Positions 9,649-18,746 of a stretch of DNA of 64,000 nucleotides are shown in pieces; the first letter of the stretch is position 1; each line of letters opens with the position of its first letter. The DNA is taken from NCBI GenBank assembly GCA_038106185.1, contig JAYODE010000002.1, positions 166,282 through 230,281 on the forward strand, written 5' to 3'. This stretch comes from Gammaproteobacteria bacterium (GTDB lineage Bacteria; Pseudomonadota; Gammaproteobacteria; Pseudomonadales; Azotimanducaceae). A program made the position numbers and the translations under genes. The notes under the pieces were generated by a model. That model worked only from the letters and a program-made list of their open reading frames with translations, did no database searches and was not told the origin of the DNA.

Positions 9649-11730
9649 CTAGAGATCTTCATTAGTAAAATCATAATCGAGATTTTCCGCAGGCATGGAA
9701 ACATAGTAGCCCTGAATAAAGTTGACCCCTGCCTGCCATAAAGTGGAGAGCACCGTTGGGCTTTCAACGCCTGAAATCGCGGTCAGCACACCTGCTGATT
9801 GTAGCGACTTGACCATAGTGATGAGTTCTTTCTGTTTTTCAGGATTCCCCTCTATCTGTTGCGCGAACGAGCCGTCAAGTTTGACGTAGTCGGGCTTTAG
9901 GTGTTTTAGAAGATTGAATGGGTTCAGTGAGCAACCAAAGTGATTGATTGACGTCTTGAAGTGAAGTTTCGCCAGGCCTTCAGAAAAATGTGCGGCATCC
10001 TTGATGTAGGAGGTCGCTTGTTTTTCGTCAAGCTGAAAAATGATCGCATCACTCGGTAAGCGAGCCGCCTTGAGCGCGACAGAAATCCAAGGTAAAAACG
10101 TCGAGTCCGCCATGGATGCATGCGTCACATTGACAAACAAACGCGCCTGACTGCCAGTAGCACGTTTCGCGCTGAGTATCTTGATCGATTGCAAAATCAC
10201 CCATCTATCAAGCTTTTCGAGTAATCCGGCATCTGCTGCCGGACCCAGAAATTGCGCCGGTAACAGTTCATTATCGTCCTCATCAAGAAGCCGCAACAAA
10301 ACTTCAAATAACGCATCGTCCTCCCCATGAAGACTGATTATCGGCTGGAACAACAACCGAAAACCCTGGCCTGTGATAGCAGCACTGACCAGTTGTTTGA
10401 TGGCCTCAGAGGTTAGCGATTTACCTTCCTTGCCGACCGTGACCTGCTGAACTTGATAGAAGCTGACCCCGTTGCCTTGCTCAATACCGATGGCGGCTTT
10501 GTGAGCGCGTGATATCACTTCCTCGCCGGACGGTGAATTTTCGCTAATCAAGGCCAGACCAATACTGGCAGTTATTTTGAACGACATGCCTGAAATTTCT
10601 GATACGTGACCTTCAACTCGGGATCGAAGGTCTTCTGCTAAGGCCAGGGCAAGGGTCATATCAGCACTCTTGAACAAGAGAGTGAACTCTTCATCGCCGA
10701 ATCTTGCCATAACATGCTGGGGGTCAATAAGGTCGCGCATTAACGTTGCGAGGTCGCTAAGCACCAGGTCTGCACTGGAGATGCCGGCCTCGGAGCGGAC
10801 GCGAGCAAAATCATCAAGACAGATATAAAACAGGCAGTAAGCCGCTTGCCCCTGGCTCGCCTGACCAACAGCCAGGTCCAGTTGCTCGAGAAAGTAGGAT
10901 CGGTTGAGCAGTCCTGTCAGCAGGTCCTGGGTTGAAATTTCGCGAATGCGATTCTCTAATTGACTATTCTCTGTGATCGAGCGAAAGATCATTTGAGTGC
11001 AGGGTTCACCATCGTAGGTCGCCGGCAGTAATGACAGGCTGGCGATAATGCGGGAGTCATCGCTTGCCATACAGGAAAACTCCTCTGTCTGGTTCGGATG
11101 GCTCGCGAAGTCGCGTAGAAACTTCTTGAACTTTTCCTGGTCTTCCGCAGCGATCAGATCAATGACCGGAATACCAGCGAAGTCATCGGGATCCTCGTAA
11201 CCAAACAGTTCTCCATAGGCTGTATTGGTATAGATGTGCATACCCTCGTGAACGTAGGCAATCGCGGCGTTTGAACTGTCCAGCAGGAGCTGATTACGGC
11301 GCTCGGTTTCTCGTAATCCGACCTCTGCTGCACGCCTTGCTCGACGATTGTCCAGATTGCCAAGCTCACGTTCGATAAGCAGAAGCAGACGCTCTTCATC
11401 ATTTTCCAGAGCGACATCCACGGCGCCAAGTTTCAACCCGGCGGTGATAGAGGCAGGGTCGCGATCTGCAGCCAACATGATAATGGGAACGTCCTTGTCC
11501 AGGTTTTTGATCTGGCTGATGACCTGTTCGATCGTCAGCCCGTCAACCTCCTGGCGTGCCAGGCACAGATCCCAGCTCTGCTCATTGAGCTTCTCGTTTA
11601 AGTCCGCCGCTGACGCTAACAAATGGGCGCGAGTCGCCCGGCCGGCATTACGCAGCAACACGATGAGTTCTTCTGCCCGATTCTGTGAAGCCTCCAGTAT
11701 CAGTAACCTGACGGGGCTGTTTATGGTCAT
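9649..11730 (-). CDS. fimX: REC-PAS-GGDEF-EAL protein with degenerate catalytic motifs (FimX-like c-di-GMP receptor)
   Basis: 693 aa with an N-terminal receiver-like domain. GDEEF replaces GGDEF (ARFGDEEFTLLF) and EVL replaces EAL (ALFEVLLRLL). Size, architecture, the EVL motif and the position next to serB all match Pseudomonas FimX as I recall it. Confidence 0.7.
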   Translation of the reverse strand: MTINSPVRLLILEASQNRAEELIVLLRNAGRATRAHLLASAADLNEKLNEQSWDLCLARQEVDGLTIEQVISQIKNLDKDVPIIMLAADRDPASITAGLKLGAVDVALENDEERLLLLIERELGNLDNRRARRAAEVGLRETERRNQLLLDSSNAAIAYVHEGMHIYTNTAYGELFGYEDPDDFAGIPVIDLIAAEDQEKFKKFLRDFASHPNQTEEFSCMASDDSRIIASLSLLPATYDGEPCTQMIFRSITENSQLENRIREISTQDLLTGLLNRSYFLEQLDLAVGQASQGQAAYCLFYICLDDFARVRSEAGISSADLVLSDLATLMRDLIDPQHVMARFGDEEFTLLFKSADMTLALALAEDLRSRVEGHVSEISGMSFKITASIGLALISENSPSGEEVISRAHKAAIGIEQGNGVSFYQVQQVTVGKEGKSLTSEAIKQLVSAAITGQGFRLLFQPIISLHGEDDALFEVLLRLLDEDDNELLPAQFLGPAADAGLLEKLDRWVILQSIKILSAKRATGSQARLFVNVTHASMADSTFLPWISVALKAARLPSDAIIFQLDEKQATSYIKDAAHFSEGLAKLHFKTSINHFGCSLNPFNLLKHLKPDYVKLDGSFAQQIEGNPEKQKELITMVKSLQSAGVLTAISGVESPTVLSTLWQAGVNFIQGYYVSMPAENLDYDFTNEDL

Positions 11731-11790
11731 AAGCGAACGAGATGGTCGGTAAGAAGAGTAACTATAGCAGATAAGCTTGGGTTCGAAATT

Positions 11791-12792
11791 TCAGACCGGA
11801 TGAATGGCTAAATTGGTCTTCGAAGCCTCTCCGGGAATCTCGCGAGCCAGGCGTGGCACCAGGTAACCGGGAAGGTGCTTGACGACTTCTGCCATGAGAT
11901 TTTGCGCAACGTGTTCGGGTAAGTCGAAGTGGGCTGCACCCGCAACCTTATCCAGTACATGCAAGTAGTAGGGCAGAACGCCCAGCTGGAACAGTCTGTG
12001 TGATAGGCGCGTTAGTGTTTCAACATCATCATTGACTCCCCGCAGCAAAACACTTTGATTCAGTAGCGTCACGCCCGCCGCTCGCAGTCGTCGAGTCGCG
12101 TCAAAGACAGCGTCATCCAGCTCGTTGGGGTGATTACTGTGCAACACCATCACAATATTGAGGCGGGTGTGCTCAACCCAGCTCAGTAGCGCCGAATCAA
12201 CCCGTTGTGGAATGACAACCGGTAAACGGGTATGCAGGCGCAGGGTCGTCACGTGCGGAATTGCGGCCAGGCGCTTCGCCAGCTGCGCAAGGCGCCGGTC
12301 ACTAAGCAATAAAGGGTCGCCGCCACTCAATATGACCTCATGAATAGATTCATTATTTTCCACAGATTCGATAATGCTCTGCCAGTCATCAGAGGTCGGC
12401 TGAAAGCTCTGGTAGGGAAAGTGGCGACGAAAGCAGTAACGACAATTGATTGCGCAGGCACCGGTAGCAACCACCAGCACGCGGCCGTGATACTTTTGAA
12501 TCAGGCCACTGGTCTTTGCATGTTCCAGCTCCAGCAGAGGATCGCTGCTGTATCCTGGTACCGACAGTGACTCGAGTTGCTGAGGTAGAACCTGCAGCAA
12601 CAGCGGATCGAGCAGATTGCCAGGCTGGATGCGAGCTAGATAAGGCCAAGGTACCAGAAGAGGAAACGGCGATCGGTAGTCTGACAAATCAATGTCGAGT
12701 ATTCTGGCTAATTGAAGGGGGTCGGTGACGGCGCTTTTCAGCAGCGCCTGCCACGATTGAGTCTGCCAACTGAGGTCTGTTAGCGGTATCAT
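11791..12792 (-). CDS. epmB: EF-P beta-lysylation protein, lysine 2,3-aminomutase family
   Basis: 333 aa with the radical-SAM motif CAINCRYCFRR (CxxxCxxC). It is divergent from efp. Confidence 0.85.
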   Translation of the reverse strand: MIPLTDLSWQTQSWQALLKSAVTDPLQLARILDIDLSDYRSPFPLLVPWPYLARIQPGNLLDPLLLQVLPQQLESLSVPGYSSDPLLELEHAKTSGLIQKYHGRVLVVATGACAINCRYCFRRHFPYQSFQPTSDDWQSIIESVENNESIHEVILSGGDPLLLSDRRLAQLAKRLAAIPHVTTLRLHTRLPVVIPQRVDSALLSWVEHTRLNIVMVLHSNHPNELDDAVFDATRRLRAAGVTLLNQSVLLRGVNDDVETLTRLSHRLFQLGVLPYYLHVLDKVAGAAHFDLPEHVAQNLMAEVVKHLPGYLVPRLAREIPGEASKTNLAIHPV

Positions 12793-12825
12793 ATTATTTT
12801 CGCGTTAAACAAAAGAGAGTAATTG

Positions 12826-13398
12826 ATGGCGAGCTTTTCTACCAATGAATTTAAATCCGGGCTCAAGGTGATGTTGGAAGGGGATCCCTGCTCGATTGTC
12901 GAGAACGAGTTTGTCAAGCCAGGTAAAGGTCAGGCGTTCAATCGAGTCAAACTGCGTAATCTCAAGACTGGCAGGGTTTGGGAGCGGACCTTTAAGTCTG
13001 GCGAATCACTGGAGGCCGCCGATGTTCAGGAAATCGATATGGAGTATATGTATAACGATGGAGAATACTGGCATTTCATGAAGACAGACGGCAGTTTTGA
13101 GCAGATGGGTGCCGATAAGGCGGCAGTCAGCGATTGTCTGAATTGGCTGAAGGAGCAGAATGTCTATCTGATCACGCTCTGGAATGATATGCCCATTGCC
13201 GTCACCCCGCCTAACTTTGTTGAACTTGCGATTGTTGATACAGACCCCGGTCTCAAGGGTGATACGGCCCAGGGTGGTACCAAGCCAGCAACCCTGACGA
13301 CAGGTGCCGTGGTGAAGGTACCCCTTTTCATTAATATCGGCGAAGTGGTCAGGGTCGACACTCGAACCGGCGAGTATCAGAATCGCGTAAAGTCCTGA
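12826..13398 (+). CDS. efp: Translation elongation factor P
   Basis: [21 protein letters not shown] aligns with the E. coli EF-P N-terminus. The KPGKGQAF loop carries the modifiable lysine. I prefer ATG 12826 over the TTG one codon upstream. Confidence 0.93.
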   Translation: MASFSTNEFKSGLKVMLEGDPCSIVENEFVKPGKGQAFNRVKLRNLKTGRVWERTFKSGESLEAADVQEIDMEYMYNDGEYWHFMKTDGSFEQMGADKAAVSDCLNWLKEQNVYLITLWNDMPIAVTPPNFVELAIVDTDPGLKGDTAQGGTKPATLTTGAVVKVPLFINIGEVVRVDTRTGEYQNRVKS

Positions 13399-13401
13399 GC
13401 C

Positions 13402-14373
13402 ATGGACTGGCAAGCCTCGACGAGCAAGGTAGCGCTGCAACAGCGCTCGGGCCTGTTAACCCTGGTTCGGGATTTTTTCCATCAGCGCCAGGTCCTTGAA
13501 GTCTCGACCCCGGTGCTGGGTGGCGCCGGGGTAAGTGACGTTCACCTCGAGAATCTGCGAGTTTCGACGTCAACGCGCGATTACTATCTTCAAACCTCAC
13601 CGGAATATGCTATGAAACGCCTGTTGGCATCCGGTAGTGGGCCTATCTATCAGCTGGGGCCCGTCTTTCGCGGCTCTGAGGTTGGACATAAACACAATAT
13701 CGAATTCACCATGCTGGAGTGGTACCGCCCTGGCTTTAGTCTTGATGAGCTGATGAGCGAAGTGGTTGATCTCGTCAGTGCCTGCGCGCACTTGTTCGAG
13801 CGTGAGATCAGGCAGCCTGTGCAAGTCACCTATGGCGCCTTGTTTGCAAAGGAATTTGGCATCAATCCTCATCGTGCAGATCTGCAGACCCTGCAACAAC
13901 TCGCGCAAACACGTGGTGTTGCGGTTGAGCACATTACAGACCATGGCGATGAAGCCACCATTAACGACTATCTGGATACGTTGTTCTCGGCCGTCATAGA
14001 ACCGGGGCTTGATGAGCTGACCCTGGTGAAGGACTTCCCTGCTAGCCAGGCCGCTCTGGCACGTATCCATTTGGATAACCAAAATGATCAGGTTGCCGAG
14101 CGTGCCGAGGTCTACTGGCAGGGCTGTGAATTGGCGAATGGCTATGCCGAACTGCTTGACCCGGCAGAGCTACGGAACCGTCTGCTTAAAAATAACGATT
14201 GGCGCGCCACACGTGGCAGGCGTCAGGTCGCGCTGGATGAAAAGTTGTTAGCGGCGCTTGAGTTCATGCCTTCGAGCGCGGGAGTTGCCATGGGATTTGA
14301 TCGGCTTTTAATGCTGGTGACGGGCAGAACTCACATAGACGAGGTCATCAGCTTTACCGCCCCGCGACTCTAA
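13402..14373 (+). CDS. epmA: EF-P lysine-34 lysyltransferase (truncated class II LysRS paralogue)
   Basis: 323 aa with the class II aaRS motif FRGSEVGHKHNIEFTMLEWY. It lies immediately downstream of efp. Confidence 0.85.
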   Translation: MDWQASTSKVALQQRSGLLTLVRDFFHQRQVLEVSTPVLGGAGVSDVHLENLRVSTSTRDYYLQTSPEYAMKRLLASGSGPIYQLGPVFRGSEVGHKHNIEFTMLEWYRPGFSLDELMSEVVDLVSACAHLFEREIRQPVQVTYGALFAKEFGINPHRADLQTLQQLAQTRGVAVEHITDHGDEATINDYLDTLFSAVIEPGLDELTLVKDFPASQAALARIHLDNQNDQVAERAEVYWQGCELANGYAELLDPAELRNRLLKNNDWRATRGRRQVALDEKLLAALEFMPSSAGVAMGFDRLLMLVTGRTHIDEVISFTAPRL

Positions 14374-14375
14374 CC

Positions 14376-15197
14376 TCAATTGTTCAAGGCCAGGGCCTGG
14401 CCCATTTTGACCAGATCATGGCTGGCGACCTGCCAGGTCACCCGTTGTTCGAGGAGAACGATGGCGGTTGAGCCCATGAGGAATTTGCCCAGCTCTTCGC
14501 CCTGTGCAATGTTTCGAAAGGGTGAGAAGGACTCCTTCAATAGCTGGCCTGCCGGATAGGGCCGATCTCGCCAGGAGGTCTGGATACCCGCGACGATCAT
14601 GGCGCCTACCATCACGACTGCCATGCTGCCCAGCTGAGTGTCGAACTCCATGACATACCGTTCGTTATCGGCAAATAAGTCGGGTACTGTCTGAGCGGTC
14701 GCATCGTTCACCGAGAATAATTTGCCCGGCACATAAGTCCCTGAATTCAACTCGCCCGTCAGCGGATTGTGTACTCGATGGTAGTCTTTGGGCGACAGGT
14801 AAATAGTGATAAAGCTACCGTTGTGGAAGCGGCTGGCATTATCGCTGGCGAGTAATTTTTCGACCGAGTAGTTAAGGCCCTTGGCTTGAATAATCTGATT
14901 GCCATTAATATCGCCACAGGCCGACACACAGCCATCAGCTGGCGAGCTGACAAGCCCGTTGACAGGGCGCAAACCAGGCTTTAACTGCCGTGAAAAGAAG
15001 GCGTTAAAGGTCGGGTAGTCCCTCAAGTCTGTCGACTCGGCCTCATCCATATCGACGTTAAAGATACGAACTATGACTCGAATGAAGGTGTTCTTGATCC
15101 ACTTCACCCGCGAAGCTGCCAGCAGACCAACCAGCCGTGACAGCAAATGCTGAGGGATCAGGTATTGCAAAGTGATAAATAATCGGCTCATTGACAA
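14376..15197 (-). CDS. psd: Phosphatidylserine decarboxylase proenzyme
   Basis: 273 aa. It has a C-terminal GST self-cleavage motif (FLMGSTAIVLL), and the DYHRVH motif is conserved. Confidence 0.9.
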   Translation of the reverse strand: MSMSRLFITLQYLIPQHLLSRLVGLLAASRVKWIKNTFIRVIVRIFNVDMDEAESTDLRDYPTFNAFFSRQLKPGLRPVNGLVSSPADGCVSACGDINGNQIIQAKGLNYSVEKLLASDNASRFHNGSFITIYLSPKDYHRVHNPLTGELNSGTYVPGKLFSVNDATAQTVPDLFADNERYVMEFDTQLGSMAVVMVGAMIVAGIQTSWRDRPYPAGQLLKESFSPFRNIAQGEELGKFLMGSTAIVLLEQRVTWQVASHDLVKMGQALALNN

Positions 15198-15478
15198 TGA
15201 ATCCTAGAAGCAGCACTCAGGCGTAGCGAGCAATGCCGGCTGTGAAGGTGTTCGCTGGCCAGCAAAGGAGCGAGAAGGTCCCTTGAAGGGCGTGATAGTG
15301 CAAATGTCACCACAGATGTCTGCATTTTGAGTCCAAGATAGGCGAAGGGGATATTCTACGGGATGGGCCCTTTGATGCGCCAACGCAGATTGCGTTGCAG
15401 CGGAACTTACCACTGCGTCTTGCCAGTGTAATCAGTTAACATAGCGTCATTCAGAGCGAGTGTTAGAAGGAATTGAAG

Positions 15479-16027
15479 GTGGCATATTCAGAAAATTTGG
15501 TCTGGATGGATCTTGAAATGACGGGTCTGGATCCGAAAGTCGAGCGTATTTTAGAGATTGCCACCATCATTACTGACTCGTCGCTGCAGGTTATCGCTGA
15601 AGGGCCTGTGTTTTGCGTGGCCCAGCCGCAGTCGCTATTGGACGCCATGGATGACTGGAACACCGCCCACCATAACGCTTCGGGACTGGTCGATCGAGTC
15701 AAACGCGAGGGCATTAGCGAGGAGATGGCTGAAGCTAAAACCCTCGAATTCATTCGACAATATGTTGAGCCAGGGCAGTCGCCTCTGTGCGGGAACTCTA
15801 TCGCTCAGGATCGACGTTTTTTGGTTGAGTATATGCCGACACTCGAGTCCTACCTGCATTATCGCAATATAGACGTGAGCACCATCAAAGAACTCGCCGT
15901 ACGGTGGCGGCCAGACGTCTATGAGGCGGTCAAAAAAGTCGGTGCCCATCGAGCCGTTGATGATATCCGTGAGTCGATTGCTGAACTCCAGACTTACCGA
16001 CAGCTGTTTTTTCGGCTTCAGCCCTAG
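15479..16027 (+). CDS. orn: Oligoribonuclease
   Basis: DEDDh exonuclease motifs: WMDLEMTGLD, NSIAQDRRFL and HRAVDDIRESI. GTG 15479 has an AGAAGGA Shine-Dalgarno upstream and aligns best with the E. coli Orn N-terminus. The ORF track starts at TTG 15473. Confidence 0.9.
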   Translation: MAYSENLVWMDLEMTGLDPKVERILEIATIITDSSLQVIAEGPVFCVAQPQSLLDAMDDWNTAHHNASGLVDRVKREGISEEMAEAKTLEFIRQYVEPGQSPLCGNSIAQDRRFLVEYMPTLESYLHYRNIDVSTIKELAVRWRPDVYEAVKKVGAHRAVDDIRESIAELQTYRQLFFRLQP

Positions 16028-16029
16028 TT

Positions 16030-17145
16030 CTAAAAAGTTTCTGGCCGGCGCTTGTCCTGCGCCGCCAGGGCCCAGCTGATATGCTCCTGTACCAGGGGAG
16101 TTGCGTCGGCGAGACTGGCGGAGAGCGCTCGATAGATCTCCTCATCAAAGGCACAGTTGCCCAAGGCCACCGCGATATTGCGACGCCATCCCTGATAGCC
16201 GGTTCTTCTGATAGCAGAGCCTTCGGTTCGACTGAGAAACTCCGTCTCGTTCCAGCGGAACAAGGTAAGCAGCGTACTGGCGTCGAGGCCATTGCGGGGA
16301 TCGAAGTCTGTAACAGAACTGACCTGAGCAAACTTATTCCAGGGACAGAACAGCTGGCAGTCATCACAGCCAAAGATGCGATTCCCCATGGGTGCTCGAA
16401 ATTCAACGGGAATGCTACCTCGATGCTCTATCGTCAAGTAAGCGATGCAGCGTCTGGCATCGAGTTGATAGGGTGCGACGATGGCGGCCGTAGGGCAGAC
16501 ATCCAGGCACCGAGTACAGGAACCACAGTGGTTGCTGGTAGCAGGTTTATTTAGCGCCAAGGGCAGGTCTGTGAAAATCTCCGCGAGAAAGAAAAAGGAA
16601 CCAGCAGTCTGGTTTAACAACAGCGTATTCTTGCCTATCCAGCCAAGGCCGGCCTTTTCTGCGAGCGCTTTCTCCAGCACTGGGGCGCTGTCTGTGAAGA
16701 CTCGAGCACGATGGTGATCAATACCATGTTCCAGCAGGTAATCAGTGATCTGCTTCCAGAGTTTCACCAGTCTGCGGCGAATCACCTTATGATAGTCGCG
16801 GCCCAGCGCATAGCGCGCGACATACGCGTCAGCCGGTGACTGCAGCTGGGTCAGCGGCTCCGTTCCTGCCGGCAGATAGTCCATGCGCAGGCTGATGACT
16901 CGCGTCACGCCCGGTACCAGCTCTGTTGGTCGGCTGCGCATTTTGCCATGGTCTCCCATATAGGCCATTTCGCCCTGAAAACCTCGGTCCAGCCAGGTTT
17001 GCAGACGCGCCTCATGGTCGCCCAGTTCCGTGTCAGTAATGCCGACCTGCTGAAAGCCTAACGCCTGAGCCCAGCTCTCGAGCTGTTGGCCAAGATGCCG
17101 ATAGACCGCCTGTGGGTCCAGATTTGCCTGTGGGATTTTTGACAT
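16030..17145 (-). CDS. queG: Epoxyqueuosine reductase
   Basis: 371 aa with the ferredoxin-type cluster CGSCTRCLDVCPTAAI and a second CDDCQLFCPWN, plus a HEAT-like C-terminus. Confidence 0.88.
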   Translation of the reverse strand: MSKIPQANLDPQAVYRHLGQQLESWAQALGFQQVGITDTELGDHEARLQTWLDRGFQGEMAYMGDHGKMRSRPTELVPGVTRVISLRMDYLPAGTEPLTQLQSPADAYVARYALGRDYHKVIRRRLVKLWKQITDYLLEHGIDHHRARVFTDSAPVLEKALAEKAGLGWIGKNTLLLNQTAGSFFFLAEIFTDLPLALNKPATSNHCGSCTRCLDVCPTAAIVAPYQLDARRCIAYLTIEHRGSIPVEFRAPMGNRIFGCDDCQLFCPWNKFAQVSSVTDFDPRNGLDASTLLTLFRWNETEFLSRTEGSAIRRTGYQGWRRNIAVALGNCAFDEEIYRALSASLADATPLVQEHISWALAAQDKRRPETF

Positions 17146-17216
17146 AAGCCGTCGTTTCGTGAGAAAGCCAAGAAGGCGGGAATTATTAGGCGCTATTCTC
17201 AGTGCATACCTTATAA

Positions 17217-18746
17217 TTGCGATATCTTAATAGCCACGAAAACTGCATTTTGAACCCAGATAATCTGCCCGACGAGCTGTATACCGCAACTGGCGTCCGT
17301 GAACTGGACCGCATCGCGATCGAGGATCTCGGCATTCCTGCGATCAGTCTGATGCGTCGCGCCGGTCAGGCGTGTGTGGAAGTCCTGACTAACCGTTGGC
17401 CCGCTGCGAAACATATCTGGATTATGTGTGGTAGCGGCAATAACGCTGGCGACGGTTACATCATTGCCGGCAAGCTCGCAGAACGGCACCTTCGAGTCAG
17501 CGTCAGAACCCTGGGCGATATTGCTAAGGCCAGTCCTGCTGCGATGATGGCTTACGAATATTGTCTGCAGTCTGGTGTCGTTCCCAAAATATTTGACCCG
17601 CAGGAGGTCATCGAGGCTGATGTGATAGTAGATGCGCTGCTGGGTATCGGCCTGAGCGGTGAAGTCCGTCCAAACTACCAACATTGCATTCGTCTGCTGA
17701 ACGACACCAGGCTGCCGATCCTCGCTGTTGATATTCCATCGGGTCTATGTGCAGACACAGGTAACTGCCTCGGCGCTGCCATAGAGGCTGTCGTGACGGT
17801 GACCTTTATCGGCTTGAAACGGGGACTTTTTACGCTTAATGGACCAGATTGCGCTGGCGAGGTCGTTTATGATCCCTTGGGTCTGGGTGACGAAGTGCTG
17901 CAGCAGGTCGTCACGGGAACAAAAAAACTGCGACTGCAGCAGTTGCTGGATGGTTTGCCAAGTCGCCGACGTAATTCGCACAAAAACGCCTTTGGTCATG
18001 TATTAATTGTCGGCGGTGATCGAGGCATGGGTGGCGCAGTATTAATGAGTGCTGAGGCGGCGCTGCGCGCCGGCGCTGGCCTGGTGACAGTAGCAACTCA
18101 TCCGGCACATCAGGCAGCCATGTTATCCCGATGCCCGGAACTCATGGTGCGTGGCATTGAAGCCAGTTCGGACCTGGATCCTTTAGCAGCGCGAGCGACT
18201 GTGATTGTGCTGGGCCCAGGTCTTGGCCAGTCGGAATGGTCAAAGATGGTATTCGGTCATTTGATTGATCACTTGAGTGTCTCTGTGGTGGACGCGGATG
18301 GTTTGAATTTACTAGCGAAACAACCCTTGCGCAGGGACACCTGGGTATTGACGCCCCATCCCGGTGAGGCAAGCCGTTTGTTGGCTGACGGGACTAACAT
18401 AGACGCTGATCGATTCGAAGCGGCGCGCCGAATCCAGGGGCAGTATGGTGGTGTTGTTGTGCTCAAAGGGGTCGGTAGTCTGGTAGCTGATCCATTGAGT
18501 CTCGATCTGTGTCCCTATGGTAACCCTGGGATGGCGACGGCCGGAATGGGGGATGTCTTGTCGGGTGTGATCGCCGCATTATTAGCGCAGGGGATGCCCT
18601 TGAAGGAGGCATCCAGTCTCGCAGTGGCAGTCCATGCAGCCGCCGGAGATAAGGTGGCGGAAGACGGCGAAAGGGGACTACTGGCAACGGATACGATTGC
18701 CTGGATTCGACGCTTGCTAAATCCAGCTCCGCCGCGCAGAGGTTAG
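17217..18746 (+). CDS. nnr: Bifunctional NAD(P)H-hydrate repair enzyme (epimerase/dehydratase, YjeF)
   Basis: 509 aa with an N-terminal YjeF_N domain (CGSGNNAGDG) and a C-terminal carbohydrate-kinase-like domain (GPGLG, GMGDVLSG). The start is uncertain: TTG 17217 or TTG 17250. Confidence 0.85.
   Translation: MRYLNSHENCILNPDNLPDELYTATGVRELDRIAIEDLGIPAISLMRRAGQACVEVLTNRWPAAKHIWIMCGSGNNAGDGYIIAGKLAERHLRVSVRTLGDIAKASPAAMMAYEYCLQSGVVPKIFDPQEVIEADVIVDALLGIGLSGEVRPNYQHCIRLLNDTRLPILAVDIPSGLCADTGNCLGAAIEAVVTVTFIGLKRGLFTLNGPDCAGEVVYDPLGLGDEVLQQVVTGTKKLRLQQLLDGLPSRRRNSHKNAFGHVLIVGGDRGMGGAVLMSAEAALRAGAGLVTVATHPAHQAAMLSRCPELMVRGIEASSDLDPLAARATVIVLGPGLGQSEWSKMVFGHLIDHLSVSVVDADGLNLLAKQPLRRDTWVLTPHPGEASRLLADGTNIDADRFEAARRIQGQYGGVVVLKGVGSLVADPLSLDLCPYGNPGMATAGMGDVLSGVIAALLAQGMPLKEASSLAVAVHAAAGDKVAEDGERGLLATDTIAWIRRLLNPAPPRRG

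Noticed and set aside
15204-15413. 69-aa ORF directly upstream of psd
   Set aside because: The Ser/Ala/Pro/Cys-rich composition looks odd, there is no ribosome-binding site, and it resembles no family I know. I treat it as non-coding spacer.
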